Shown here: positions 12,339-26,900 of the stretch, one piece after another | How the letters are laid out: each line of letters opens with the position of its first letter | Numbering within the stretch: position 1 is the first letter of the stretch | Position numbers and translations under genes: made by a program | Source of the DNA: Phoronis australis | Lineage: Eukaryota > Animalia > Phoronida | Direction of reading: 5' to 3' | DNA: 64,000 nucleotides | Assembly: GCA_002633005.1 (NCBI GenBank) | Contig: NMRA01000665.1 | Location: 62,001 to 126,000, forward strand | The notes under the pieces: generated by a model | Seen by the model: the letters and a program-made list of their open reading frames with translations, nothing else | Told to the model about the DNA's origin: nothing | The model's database searches: none

Positions 12339-14840
12339 GTGTTTCTGTGTGTCATTGGAATTAGTTTGAAATTAATTAAAGTTCCAAGTGTTCAATGACA
12401 TTTCACTATATATTTCAATCAGTCTATATATTTCTGTAATAAGGCATAGGCCCACTGTTATTTCAGTACCAACAATAACAATCTTAACATTCAAGTAAAA
12501 CACTTCATACCTAGTTTACAATACATGCCAAAAGTACTCTTATAAAATACCGTTTCTATGTGGCAAATTTAGAATTACAAATTGGTATTTTCATCTTACT
12601 TTCCAGTAAATTCCCCTTCGTTGCTAGTCACAACGGAAGGCTGCTGTGACAATGACTGGTCATTCCGTCAAATACTTCAGGGATGTATTGCACTTCAACA
12701 ATTCATTGTGACTTATTTCTCAATTTCTCCTCTGCTACATAAAACAAGTTTCTTTGATAATATTGCCCAGACGTGGAATGTATAGAATGGTTATCTCAGA
12801 GTTGCATCAACCTACAATTAGTGCACAATTCATGGAAAACTACAGTAAGCAAAACAAACTTCTGACCGCAAGAAAGAAATTATGCACACATAAACGGTCA
12901 TGTGCATAAATTTTCAATAATGAATTTAAAAAAAGTGCAACTAGGTCTGGATTGCTTGTAGGGCAAGTTTTCCAATCCGAAACAATAAAGGCACCAAGAT
13001 GCCATACATAATCTTTTACTAACTGACAGTGAATGATATAATTGTTAAGTTAGCTTCAATGAAGGTTCAGCTGTCACTGTAGATGCCTCGATCAAAAATT
13101 GGATAAATCGAACCAGCTACACATCAAAAGTTGTGTACATGAGGACCAGAGCACATCCATTTTGAAGACTTGTGCATATGCACCAGAACACATCACTTTT
13201 AGTATATTTGAAACAACATCAAATTCCAATTTATTTTGAGGTTTGTTTCATTAAAAGTGACAAACTGTTTAAAATCACAAATTTCATATCAAAAGTGTCA
13301 AAAAACAACCCCACTAGTAGACTAACGATCAAACTAGAGCATCCGCCAACACCATCTGCAATATGTAGTGATTTCGAGTTACAAGCATTTATTGGTGGAT
13401 ACATACCTACATAAAATTGGGACAACAAATCACAACACTAGTTACATCCTCCATTTCTGTTTACTGTGAAGTCATCAGATACTGCTGCTTATTTTCCCAT
13501 GGTTTAAGATATAACAGAATGTTGAAGTGTCCCCTTTGTGGTGGTTGTAACCACATTTGGTCATGCTGCGCTTCTTTCCACATTCCTGCGTGACATTGGA
13601 GTAGCTCTGATATAGCACACGTTTGTACAAGAATCTTGAAGGGGGGAGGGGGTTTGGTGGGCACGACGCACTAGTGCTGGATACATTCTTACGTCACACT
13701 CATGTGCGTGATGCTAAAACTGTAAATTGCAGTTCTTTTCTACCATTTTCTTGTTTTTTGGATTCTCGACTGGTAAGCAATGCTAATGAAGGTTTAATGA
13801 TGCTGACAATATAGCCACTTGTTAAAACAAGGTAAACTGTGGTTTTAAGCACTTAAAAGTGATGTAGAACGCTAGAAAAATGTCCAGTTATGGCCCATAT
13901 TATACCTTGGAAGTGGCTGATTGGATTCACATATAACATAATTTTCGTTAAATTTCCTAATTAATTGCATGCTGGCATTCACTACTAGCACGAATTCGCC
14001 AATATGATTGAAAACGAGGTGTTGTCTCGAACTACACATGGTTCTGTCAACAGGCGCTTTCACGTTTGTGTTGTTAAAACCGATGCTTTGTCCTAAACAG
14101 AAATGCACAACAATCACTACTTTTTGCAGCGCCACCTATAATAACTATGCAAGGAGTGAAGAGTTGAAAATCAGTTTCTATGGAAATTGTACTCTCAGAA
14201 ATATAAAACATAACTTGACCTAAAGACAGATATCTGATATTGCCTTCCCACTCCACAATTACTGAATAAAAGTATAGCTATTTTAGTAATTAGCACATCA
14301 CAGTCGAGACATAATTTATACAGTGAAATTATCTCAGTAACTAGCAGTCAAGCTATATCCGATGACGCTGTACTTTTGTGTATCTAGTGAGATTTAATTA
14401 TTTTTCAGGAACGGTGTGGAGCGTAAGACCAAATTTTTTAAAATCACCTTTACATTCACGACACAGCCCATATAGATCCATTTCATTTATGACATGTGGT
14501 TGCGTTCAAGGAAAACCACCTGTAGACAAATCTCACCAATATGAGACAACATCGCCAAAATTTTTTTCATTTTTCACGGCCTAACATTGTGAATATCTAC
14601 ATTTTTTCAAAAAATTTTCGACGTCCGCAATGGTGCAGAACTTGAACTCGGTAAAGCATTAAGTTGATCCTACTTAACTTATTAAAAAATGGGAAACTGA
14701 AATTTAATTTTTCCGCCATACTGCATCCTCAATTGGCGAGACTTTTCGGTTAGTTTTAATGGTTTCAGATTATGCTACGAGAACTACGGGAACTTCTACT
14801 GACGAAGTAGTATTAATTTTTACACAAGTCGAGTGACCCA

Positions 14841-14952
14841 CTAGGCGTGCAGTAGTCTCTTCCTTTCAACATCTGTAATCCATTTTCTAATAAAATCCAA
14901 TTCCACTTTGCGAGCAATTTTAACTGAAGGTGGGTCCATGGGATGAGATGCC
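14841..14952 (-). CDS. DPP7: DPP7 last coding exon [36 protein letters not shown]
   Basis: ttttcag acceptor, TAG stop. Confidence 0.92.
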
Positions 14953-17900
14953 CTGAAAATAGCCAATCACAGTTCAAAGAGCAAACCATTTTTCAGTGGG
15001 GCTGGAAACGTATTCGATGTTGTAAAGCAAAATAATCGCAACGGAAAAACGACACATATTAACAAGCTTCAGGTAAAAATATTCATTTGTTGTCTATCTT
15101 CAAACAGAAATAAATTACCTTCAATAAGTAAAGATCTAAAGCAAAACATGTAAAAGCAATCAGCCACTCAGTCCATGCTGCGATAGATTATAGAAAATCC
15201 TAAGTACAATTAAAAACATCTCAATTCCCCTCAAGGGTCTTCAGCAGCTGTTCTTAATGATGCCTCCATTTGCAAGTAGCTTACACAAGCAGTAATGGAC
15301 ATCAGTAACATACTTCAGTTACACCTTTAGCCCACATTACTAACAGGAATTTGTGCACTTTTACCTCAAAGCACGAAAAGTGGTATATCACATTAAAACC
15401 CTTAGGCTCCTATCCCTCACCTAACCAAGGCTGAATTACTATTAGAACTGACGAGGCTTAATTGTACAGGATGTGATCTGGTCTTAAAGAGTGGCAAACA
15501 AATCCGGTCTAATACCGGTATGCAAAAGTGGGAAACCCAAAATTTTTTGAAAACAACCTTCACGATGTTTTTCATGAAAATTTAAAACAGCAGTGTGTCT
15601 AATTCCCAAACTGAAATCGCAACAACTTCAAATAACATCTGAAATACTATCAACGCTCTCTGATAGTTACATTCAGTTACATTTAATTAAGGGATCTCTA
15701 AATACAATAGATGTGTTCAATAGACGCTGCAAACATGTTTGGGTTTCAATAAAGGCTTTGGGGTAAGGGGCAGCCATAGAAAATTTCATCATGACAGGAA
15801 TTCCACCATAAGTTTTAAAGAAACCATAGAAATATATATTTTAATGCAAGAAAAGTTGCCATTAGTAACTAATGCAAGTGGACTTCATGAAAATTGAAAT
15901 TAATAGGAACTCTTTCAGTCACCAGGGCTTGGAATGACCAATAACAAAAAACAATGAAATTTTTCCAGGTGATGTATTTCCCCAAATAAATACTTTTTAG
16001 GCTTGCCTGACAGAAATATTTTTTGTTATTGTAAAATTCAATATTCAATTTTTCATGAATAAAGCCATAATGGTAAAAAAGAGACAAAAAGGAAACTGGA
16101 AATCAAATAAAAGGTAACTGAAACCAAAAAGACAACACCCTCTTAAAAGAGGAAAATTACAAATCCTGGATCCCAGGCAGCCAACATTCCTTTACACAAC
16201 AAAACGTCTATCTCATTCACATTTTAAAAATGTTTTAAAGGTGATATAAACCTGTCATGTAACCAAACAAATACAATATGGTGGGTTTGGTCCTTATTCA
16301 GACAAGAAGTGATTTTTGGGCTTTGAAACAATTGGCAGATTGCGACTGACTGCAACCAGGCTACATAAATTGACTTGACCCAACTGGTCCTTAAATGAAC
16401 AAAGCATCGCCAAGACCAACAGCAGACTGTCTATTCCTCCCAAGCCAGACGTCAGTAGTCTAACGAGCAAGGGGAGATCAGTCTATAATGTTAAAGCAGC
16501 TATGAACCCATACTTCATCCAAGAAGCACATTTTTATTAAGATTACTCAGTGCTGTAAAATTGTTCATTGCCTGTTCCTTAATGAGATGAGAAGTAATTT
16601 CGGTATTTACAAAGAACGGAGACTTCATTATTCCCCAAGAACATGCCTATACAAGTCAACTTGTAGAGCATGGTCTTCAGCAATAACGACATGTCGGTTC
16701 TTCTCAAGCCGTGAAGTCACCTTCAGTTTGACTAGGGAACAATTTGGGACCGATTTTAAGACTGTTAAGCATTCTCACTCAAAAGTTTTTTTCCTGGAAC
16801 CTGAGTTATTAGTATCACAAACCAAAAGTTTATTTTCAACAGAGGGTGTGTGCAGAGCACTTTTACCAAGCGTGGCCTCATCATCACCGTTCCACCCATA
16901 GGACCCCCACAAATTCCCTTCAACTATGCAAAAAAACTAAACACTGTCCTATTTCAACTTTCCAAACAAAGATGGTCAACGTACCTCAGGTCCAGATGGT
17001 GTGCACCATCCTTAATGAGAATGCTGATCAGGCTCTCCGACAGGGTCCTGTTAACCTGTGGCGATAAAAAGAATACCACTCAGGCAAATTCAAAGCAGGA
17101 CACTGGTTCACGACCAAGGCAAGTGCCATTTCTTGGTTGTGTAAGCCTCTGGGACACTAAGAACTGTTAATAAAAGATTAACAAACCTCTAGCCTTGGCA
17201 AGACTTCATCCGCCAGCTTCAAACTCAACAGATTTTAGAAATGTTGGTATGGTAATTCTCAATCAATTTAAAACAAAAAAATTATTTGCCTAACTTGTTA
17301 TTCTCCATTTTTATAAAGGTTGGTTGCCTTAAACTTCATCAAATGTTGCTTTATGGCATCTTCACAGTACAAAACATGGTGGCAATAGACTAAAACTCCT
17401 GTGGAGAAATTTAACACACCAGGTGGACATACAGTATTGTGCACTAAGTAACTGAATTATTGGTACTACATCGTCACTTCAAAGTAGCCTTATTAAGTTA
17501 TAGAGCCGGCTAGTTCCTTATTCAGCTGAGAGGTGATTTGTGGGCTTAGAAAGAATTACAGACAGATAATTACTACTTGGGACCATGCTCAGTGGCACAC
17601 GCTGAGACAAGCCAACTTGTAGATTTGGGTCTAAAGCAATACTGAACAGCTGTCTCATTCTGCTACAAGTACTGGTGGACATGAATCCCAAAGCACTGCA
17701 CTTTACAAAGAGAAGGTGTGAGATACATGCACAAAAGGCAATATGTGAGGACTTTACTGGTAAAGCTCAGTAGTCCAGTATGTACCATATTCTGCTCACT
17801 GGTATTGCTCAGTAGTGCAGTATGTACCATATTCTGCTCACTGGTAAAGCTCAGTAGTCCAGTATGTACCATATTCTGCTCACTGGTATAGCTCAGTAGT

Positions 17901-20900
17901 GCAGTATGTACCATATTCTGCTCACTGGTATAGCTCAGTAGTGCAGTATGTACCATATTCTGCTCACTGGCTGGTCATGAAAGTACTTAAATAACCTAGC
18001 TGTCATTTTTGTGATGATTTTGGACATTTTTAGCGCGATCGCATATGTATAGCGAAATTGCACAGCAGCACAAGTGATTCATCACATCAGAAACCAATTA
18101 CACGGTGCAGATAAGCTGAGCTCAGCTTAACAATAATTTACGACATTTTTATGCCGAGAGTGTAATGTACCGTGGATAATAAAGTGCCGTAACTTGTCCT
18201 GAAAATTACCAGCATCCTGTGCCAAATGTGATTATCAATCGAGTGTGGATACAAACAATGATCAAAGATACGATTTAAATTCGAAACCTTCACTAGAAAG
18301 AAGAATGAGTCACCCACTGTCGAAACAATAATGAGCAAAATACAGTCACACTCAAACTGAGAATCACAACTAATACGAGTATGGTAGTTCCTCACATATT
18401 TTTGTAAAAAATTAAATGCTAAATTGCCCATTTCTCTGTTTTTCAAAGTCTGATTACTTTGCTACAAAATCTAGAATACTCAATCAAGTACAACCAAGGC
18501 TAGTAACAGACTAGATTTTTCTTAAATCTTTATTTTTGTGGAGAAATAAGACAAAATAGAACTTCAATTGTGGACCATATTGCATGCAAAATAAGTAAAG
18601 TTAAGTGTAGGGAACAAGTTGACACCAGTTTTGAACTACAGTAAGTAATTTAAATCAAAATTGTTTTTAGATGGAAAGCAGCATTATAGCATCATCAAAT
18701 TAAACATTCATTTTTCAGCCACAATCTACAACTGCTTAGGTGAGTAGTTGTTGTGTATGGTTGTTAGTTTGAGCAAGAATTTGGTTTGCTAAAGATCAAA
18801 CTTGTGCAAGATATTTTAATGTCTTAAAAGTAAAATACAAACTTAAGACTACAAGTTTCTAGTTTTCAAAATAGACCATGCGTCACCAAACATCATTAAG
18901 AAGTGGTGCAAAATTTATTGACAAAGTTGTTTTAGTCCTGACTACCTTTCGACACAACCTCTGAATGTTTTGGCGCCTGGTTATAAGCTGTAATACCAGT
19001 CTAGGTGTCAACTCAAAGAATTGATGACCAATGGTGACAAATTAATCTCTATGACTTGTTCATTGTTCAACATTATTATCGACACAACCACAAGAGAGAA
19101 TTACTATCTTTGGGGGGTTCTTTGTGAAACCATAAAAAAGTAAAATTATAAAACAGTCTCTTTGAAACAAGTCTAAAACGTAAATTTTAGCTCGTATTAT
19201 TGATTCTAAAATCTCCATGAGTGACAATGTAGGAACATTACCCCACCACGGCGCCATGGGTCGAGAGCACCATTTGAGAACACTACGTTCGAAGAGCCAA
19301 GAATATCTGCAATGTAAAATACAAGTCTTATTTCCATATTATACACTTAAATCTAAAAAAAACACGATTTATTCTGATACGGGGTTTTTACGGATTTTCC
19401 ACGATAATCGTATTTGATTTTCCACAATTGTTGCCAAGCACAAACGAATAAAGAGTAATTCTCAAAAAGTTGATAATTTCCAAGCAAAAGTCTCGGAGTA
19501 ATTTTCAAATGATTTAGTGTCATGTGATTTTTCGTCTATCCGTATTTGGCTATCACCATAACTTCAATGAAAACTGGTAAATTTTGATGAAGTTCATTGA
19601 CTTTTTGAAAACTACTGTACGTGAACCCGCAAACGACTCACTCATTAACTAATAAATTTTATTTCAATCGAATTTCCTTTCCCATTTTTGTCATTTCTCA
19701 ATTATCATGGAAAATCAAGTTCCTGCAACCAATAACCTAATAATATAATGTGATAATATGACGTGATAACTATGGGATAATATAACATAATGTGATAATA
19801 TAACATCATAATTATATGATAATATAACGAGATAATAACATGACACCATACCATGAAATCTCACCTAATTGGGACACAATATGGCCGACAACATTTTTTC
19901 ACATCCATATTTGAAGGCTGTTTAAATGTGGCAATTATTTTCGTCCGAAATTAATGAGATTTTATGGTGACGCACAAGACACATCAAAACATTGATAATG
20001 TAAATCCTTAAACTTTGCTGACAATACATATACCAACACGGCACATTCATGTTTATCTGAGTGCATTAAACACATCAACCAGCTGAAAAAAAAATTTGTT
20101 TCGAATGTTCCATTTTCACGTTGATCTGCCCTGCTCATACTATTCACGTTGATCTGCCCTGCTCATACTATTCACGTAGATCTGCCCTGCTCATACTATT
20201 GACGTTGATCTGCCCTGCTCATACTATTCACGTTGATCTGCTCTGCTCATACTATTCACAAACAGTACATAACTATCACCTTCATGGAATAATGGAAGTA
20301 AACATTTCTCAGTGTTTTATACGGACTGTGGTTGGATGGAGGTCATAGGTCATATTCTGTGCTTTTACATTCCTTTCACTCTTATTCTATCCGTTAACAT
20401 TACGTTGGCCACGTTTGACCCACCAAAGCAGCACTCACTACTTCTTGAACACTTTTTCTAAAAAGAAAGTCAATTAATGACAATCACGTTTACTCCACCA
20501 GCTAATAACCCAGGCACTCATTTTGATGACTGAAATGAATGCTGGTTAAATCTTTCTTATATCTTGGGAAATATCAATGATAATAGACTATTCCCAAAAC
20601 AATCATGCAAAACATATTAAATCCAACACACATGTAATAATCCTAATTATAGTGATAATAAATGAGTCTCCCTTGAGTTGCACGCAATGACTAGCATAGT
20701 CTATGAAGCCTTAGTGAAGATCGCTATGTCAAATTAAGTTCTCCATCACGTTCTATTTACCTTTGCCCCACATCTGTATGCCAAACCAGTTTGGTCGCTG
20801 AATTACTCCCCAAGTCATGAAGCAATACTTGGACTTCTCCTCAAATGTGAACGACAATTTGGGGAACATGTCCGTGACGTTATTACTGCTGTCTGGCAAA

Positions 20901-23900
20901 GTTATCTCAGTGCAAGCCTGCAACAGATCAACATTATCTCAGTGTATGTCTACAGCAGATCAATATTATCTCAGTGCATGCCTACAACAGATCAATATTA
21001 TCTCAGTGCATGACTACAACAGATCAATATTATCTCAGTGCATGACTACAACAGATCGTTATCTCAGTGCATGACTATAACAGATCAACGTTATCTCAGT
21101 GCATGACTACAACAGATCAATATTATCTCAGTGCATGAGTACAACAGATCAACGTTATCTCAGTGCATGCCTACAGCAGATCAACATTATCTTGCTGTAT
21201 GCATACGTCTACAACAGGCCAACGTTATCTCGGTACATGCCTAAAACAGATCAACATTATCTCGGTTTATGCCTACAACAAATTAATGTTTCATAAACAA
21301 ATAAATAAATGCCTTACACGAGTGCACTTAATAAGCAAAGATGCTTAGTACATATCTTGTAAGGCAGGAAATATGTTCAAACTAAATGTATAAATAGCAG
21401 TTGCACTGAGCAAAACCAAGTAATAACAATTAAGGCACAACCAGACGTCTTTTGATTAAACCTGTTTGATATTCCTGAAAACTTGCTTATTCTCGCTGAG
21501 CTATGCCAAAGCAGGTACACGATACGAACAGCTATCAGTGACGAAAAATCGTATCGGGCACACTGGCCTTAAGATTAAGTCGACCAATTAGAACACTGAG
21601 AGGGCAGATAAATCCAACTTTGAGAACCATTTTGAATGCCATCATTCAGTCGAGAAAACTGTAACACCTATATGTGACTAGTATCACAGCTTCAGAGTAT
21701 AAAATCACCATCACGTTGCACTGAGCAATAGGTGAACAATTAATTTTGTCCATGCTTCCTGCACCAACATCAAACATGGCTGTCCACAGATGAGAATGTA
21801 TAGTAGGCTGGTTTCATGCCCAAAAACTAGGTGGCGCTACTTCTGCCACACCTCAAGTGTTTCATGGCTTCAACTGTTGGTGCATAATAACAGACCTGGT
21901 AGTCCCATGCTTTACTGTTAGCTCCAACGCCACAACCAGTGGGGTCAGCACACTCCACGTAATCCTGGTAGATGTCGTTACATGTCTTGTGAACTACGGT
22001 ACTCCCATTGTAATACATGCCTAAAGCAACAAAACAGGCCTAGTTTAACAAAGCAGGCACGCTTTGCCTTTATCCTCACTTCGCCAGCCAACACAGACAG
22101 CTTCGTGTAGAATAAACTTCAGTCAGTTTCCTTATTTAACTGACAACTAGTACCTCATTTGGAAACATACCCTGAGTTGAGGATTGCCTGTTAGTAACCT
22201 ATGATTTTGCATTTTATAAATGTTTCATAGAATATATAAAACATGGAGTGTTTGTTGTTTTGGTGATATTCTGTATCCAAACAACTACTCAAGACTGTAA
22301 CTAATTCTTAACATCTTTATTAAGAAAATATTTAGAAGTGTTTGGTCCGTAGGACAATGTTTGTGTCACTGCTGCATGTTTGCTACAAACTAACACCAGT
22401 GCAGAATATGTGAAGAGCGACAACTTGCTGAGATGCTCTCGTTGCCGAGTGGCATCAAAGTGACTGTTACATGTCACATAACAGCATCATTTTTACAATT
22501 AATTACGGTTCACAATCACCTAAGTAGCCTAATGAGACCTTCTACATCAGATTCACTTTCAGCTGAGTGCTCAGCAATAATTTTTTGGGACGATGTCATG
22601 ATAATGTCTTAGACAATTTTGTTAAAATCTCACAAAATTTCGGACAGAAATAATTGCTAAAATTGCCCATTACAATTTTCAAAGGTTTCCAAGATTGTTG
22701 AGAATGCCCACGACTTCTCATAACAGTGTCTGATAGTAGCTATGGTAGAGAGTTTGAACATGGTAAAGCATTAATTCGATTTATGAAAAGTAAAATTCCA
22801 CTTGTCTGCCACATTGTGTCCTAAATTGGTGAGATTCTAACAGTATTTAGTCGGGGAAGCTCAGATGTGATCACCTAAGCCATGTCATGATACATTTTAA
22901 TGTTTCTTGTTTAAAGACGATGAATAATTTTTAGAAACTAAGGAACAATAAAAAGATATTGGGGATTAGTACAGCTAGTAAACATTACAACGGCTTAGTT
23001 TATACCACTTACTTATTGCTTCTAGAATTCCTTCGATAACATTGGGGCTGTTCATGACTTTCTTGCAAGCAGCCTACAAATACAAACAAGCTGACACGAT
23101 GAAATAACAAACAAGTAAACTCTTAGTGCCACAATATTTAACCAGTAAAGCGCAGGTTGCACAGAATTATATTTTGAACAACTGCAAAGGGGAAATAGTT
23201 ACGTAAAAATGTGTCTTGTGAGTATAAACATGTTTCATTACCATCAACACGGATGTCATGAGAGCGAAATATGAAGTGGGTTGACGTATCTCTCTGTAAT
23301 TATCATATGTAATCAGCATGCTACATGTACACGTCATTCTTAAGCACAGATTACATAAAACTTATAAGTTTCTAGTAGTCTGTTGTGTAGCACAAGAAAC
23401 TGTAACACTGCAGATCAAAACGTAGTCATCACTTTATAAGAGTACTGTAGCAGCTGCATAACATTAATATGCAAGCTTAACTTTGCAGGAATGCTCCTTT
23501 CTTTGACTGTGGTCAAAGGTCATGGGATACAAGCAGACGACGGGCAAGAATGAGTGTGCCTCTTAACGCTCCCATTTTGTCAAGTTAGAAGTGTGTTTTG
23601 CAGGAACTTCACGCCGTCTGCTTGTATGCCATGACTTTTAACCTCATGACCTTTGACCACATGGCCAAGGAAAGGAGCCTTCCCTACCTGGCATCTGCAT
23701 ATTCTAAAATCTAAATACTTCTCACCTTGACGGGATAACTATCTTCAAAGAATGTTGTTGGATACGGGTAGTCGAACATGGCCAAGTATACAAAGGCATT
23801 TCTGACCCAGCCCAACAGGTGTCTGTACTGGTCGTCCGTGGAGACCACATTACACAAACGTAGAGAGCTGGAGAGTTTTCTCAGACCTAAAATAATATTT

Positions 23901-26900
23901 TCACAGTCAATCAAAACAAACATCCAAGCAACCAAAGTCTTAAAATACAAAATAACATTTTCTTTAATTTGCTTTAGGGTTAGCTCACAGTAAAATGTCA
24001 TCAATTTCCAACAAATTACCAAAATTAACCTTTCTTCATTTTTAAAGATTCTAAAACTGTTGTGAATGCTCATAATTTCACAAAACATTGTCTGGTGGTT
24101 GTTACGTGTATGGCACAGGACTATCTAATGAAAAAATATTCATTTAGTGCTACGTACATTTTCAAAAAACATCAAAAAACAAAATTTCAATTGTCCACCA
24201 CATCATTTCCAAAATTTGTGAGATTTTACGGAAATCAATTACTCACAATACCCGTGAAGTTAAAAATTGCATAGAAGAAAATTCCTTAAAATGAAATTAC
24301 AGTTAAATACAAGAGATGTGGAAAAATGTTAATAATCAATTCAGTTTTGTTCAACCACTAGTGAATGCATATGGCAAGATGCCATTCATCGGGCGTAAAT
24401 GCCTAAGAAGTGTTATGCAATTGGAACTCAGTGATTATTCACTTATTTAGCACACAAGATGGCTGACAAGGCAATTTGTATTTTGCCGAATTTCTACACA
24501 AAACATGGCTTGTGTCGTTAAGATGCCGAAAAACAACACACGGTGAAGCTTGTACTACTTATGTCAAAGTCATACACAGTCTTGGTAATTATTTTTGTGC
24601 AAACTAAAAGGAGAAATACTGGACATTAAAAGTGAATGAGTGAACACATTATTTAATAAGCATACGAATTATGGAGTAATCGTACAGTGGGGAAAACTGC
24701 GATGTCTTGGTGGTCTAATTGCCCTCTATGACTATTTTATTAACAATTAAAAATTAATATTAATAATGTAGAACTCTAGAAAAAAGCACAGTCAGACTCA
24801 TAAGAGACTTTCACATTAACTATACTTTGTGCAATGTTCTCCAAAACGCCGATAGCGATTGTTTTTAAAATGTAGTCTCTTTTGCATGAGGGGCATTTGA
24901 TATTTGTGAAAAAACTCCAAATTGCAAACAAGGAAACTGATATGATAATTAAGAAAATTGTGACAGCATTTTTGAGATTTTATCACTAAAATTTTGTCTT
25001 TAAAAATGGCCACATCATTGCTGCAGAATACGACCAACATATCCGAAAGTGGGAAGGCATGGCCATCTCTATAAAAACATTTGCAAAATTTCATGAAAGA
25101 AACATCAAAGAAGTCCAAAGATTATGATATAAAAGAATTGCCATAAGGGGGCATACTCAGGTATTTGAATTATCCGTACACGTAGTAACTTTCAAAAAGA
25201 TCTTTAAGAGATACACTTTTTTTTTGCATATGCGAAAAAGTTGTCGCAGCAGTCCATAACACAGTGGGCAGCTGTTGTCACACTTTTGGAAAAAAACAGC
25301 AAAAAACTCTGCAACAGAATCAGGACCAAGAGCTGTGGATACGAAAAAGTCAAGATCACCATCAGGGGGCAGCACAGTTGTCAGACTGGTCTAAAAATCA
25401 ACATAATCATGGTCATCTGATCAGTAAAACAGCTACTTAGTTTCATAATGATCCTCTGAATAATTTGGTGGCCAAGGCAGATACAAAAAAATGGAAAATG
25501 AAAAGGCATTTTTGACTCCTTTGTAGAAAGTAAATTTGTAAATTTCATGAAAATCCATCAATGAACTGCAAAGAGGCAAGCGTAAAAAGTCTAAAACTGC
25601 CACTAGGGGACACAGAATCGCTTAGGTTTGAAACTCGTCATTCTCTAGCCAAAACCAATGGAACGCATTTGTCAAAATTTCAAAAACATCATCCGTAGTT
25701 TTGAGGAGATGCAGCAAGCATGCAAAAAGCAAACTTGCCAGCAGGGGGCACCTATTAAAGTAGCAATATGTGAAATTTCACAAAAAATCAGCAAGGAATT
25801 TCAAAGATACACTCAGGCAAATGTAAAACAAAATTGCCACTAGGTGTAGAGTGGCAGTCGTGTGGGTCTGAAAAACATTGATGACAACGATATGCACCAT
25901 ACGTGGGCACATAAAAAACACATGGTCATGTGACTAAAAGTGCTTGCAGATTGGTATCAAGTCAAAAATCAAATCTACATGCTTTCTATTTTCAGAAAAT
26001 AGGCGGAATATTTGCTGAGAGTTAAAATTTGCAGTTTTGTAGATAATTATGCAGCTAAATGCAGACATGTTGGCAAGGTCTTATATAACCTCAGTAAGAC
26101 ACTTTTTATTGACAAACCTTTTTTTCCTTGCTGTTTCAGATAATCCATAGCCACAAAAGCTTGCTTCACTTTAGAAACGCACAACGGACTGACACTCAGG
26201 AAGTCCTACAAGCATAGAAAGATGAGTCAGTCCAGCATACCATCTGGCAGACTTGCACACACACATTCACATACAGGTACACATACACACACAGCTAAAT
26301 TTATGGTATATTCATCATTTTGAGAAAAGGACACCACCCAAAATACATGAGAAACTTGAACTGTTAATGAATAATGAAAAAATAGAATGCAATCTCCATT
26401 TAAATTCCAAGGCAATTACTGCATTACCAGTGACTTTACAGCAATAAAACACTGCTCGACATAAAGCACAGTATGGTACAGCAAGACTAATGACTTTTTA
26501 AGCTGCATCCCAGCTTAACCGGCTAAAAACAAAAATCCAAATATGCCGTTTACTCTCATCTCGAATTCGTCTCTTAATATCTCTTACCGTGACAGGTTTC
26601 CATTTCCTATACCAACCAACCTCAATAAACCCTAGGAGCATTCTCTTGTGTATTTATTGGTTTTAATGATCTTGATGTAAATGGAATCCTACCAAAAGTA
26701 GTGAATATTATGAGACTGATCCGATGAGAGCAAATGGCACAATTCCACACCTATTGCTCAACATTGCAAAATATAGCGTTAAAACTGTTTGACTTCTGAC
26801 ATTGAATTCCCACAACACTTTCACCATACCGTAGTCACTGGGGTACATAATTGGCACGTAAGTCTTGATGCGGATCAAAAAGATTGCATGGATGTTGAAT

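Noticed and set aside
17663-17956. 97-aa ORF with 14-aa repeats
   Set aside because: A by-product of the 42-bp minisatellite.
20115-21288. Regular short repeats as a CRISPR-like array
   Set aside because: Head-to-tail units with no unique spacers, in a eukaryotic intron, and no cas genes.
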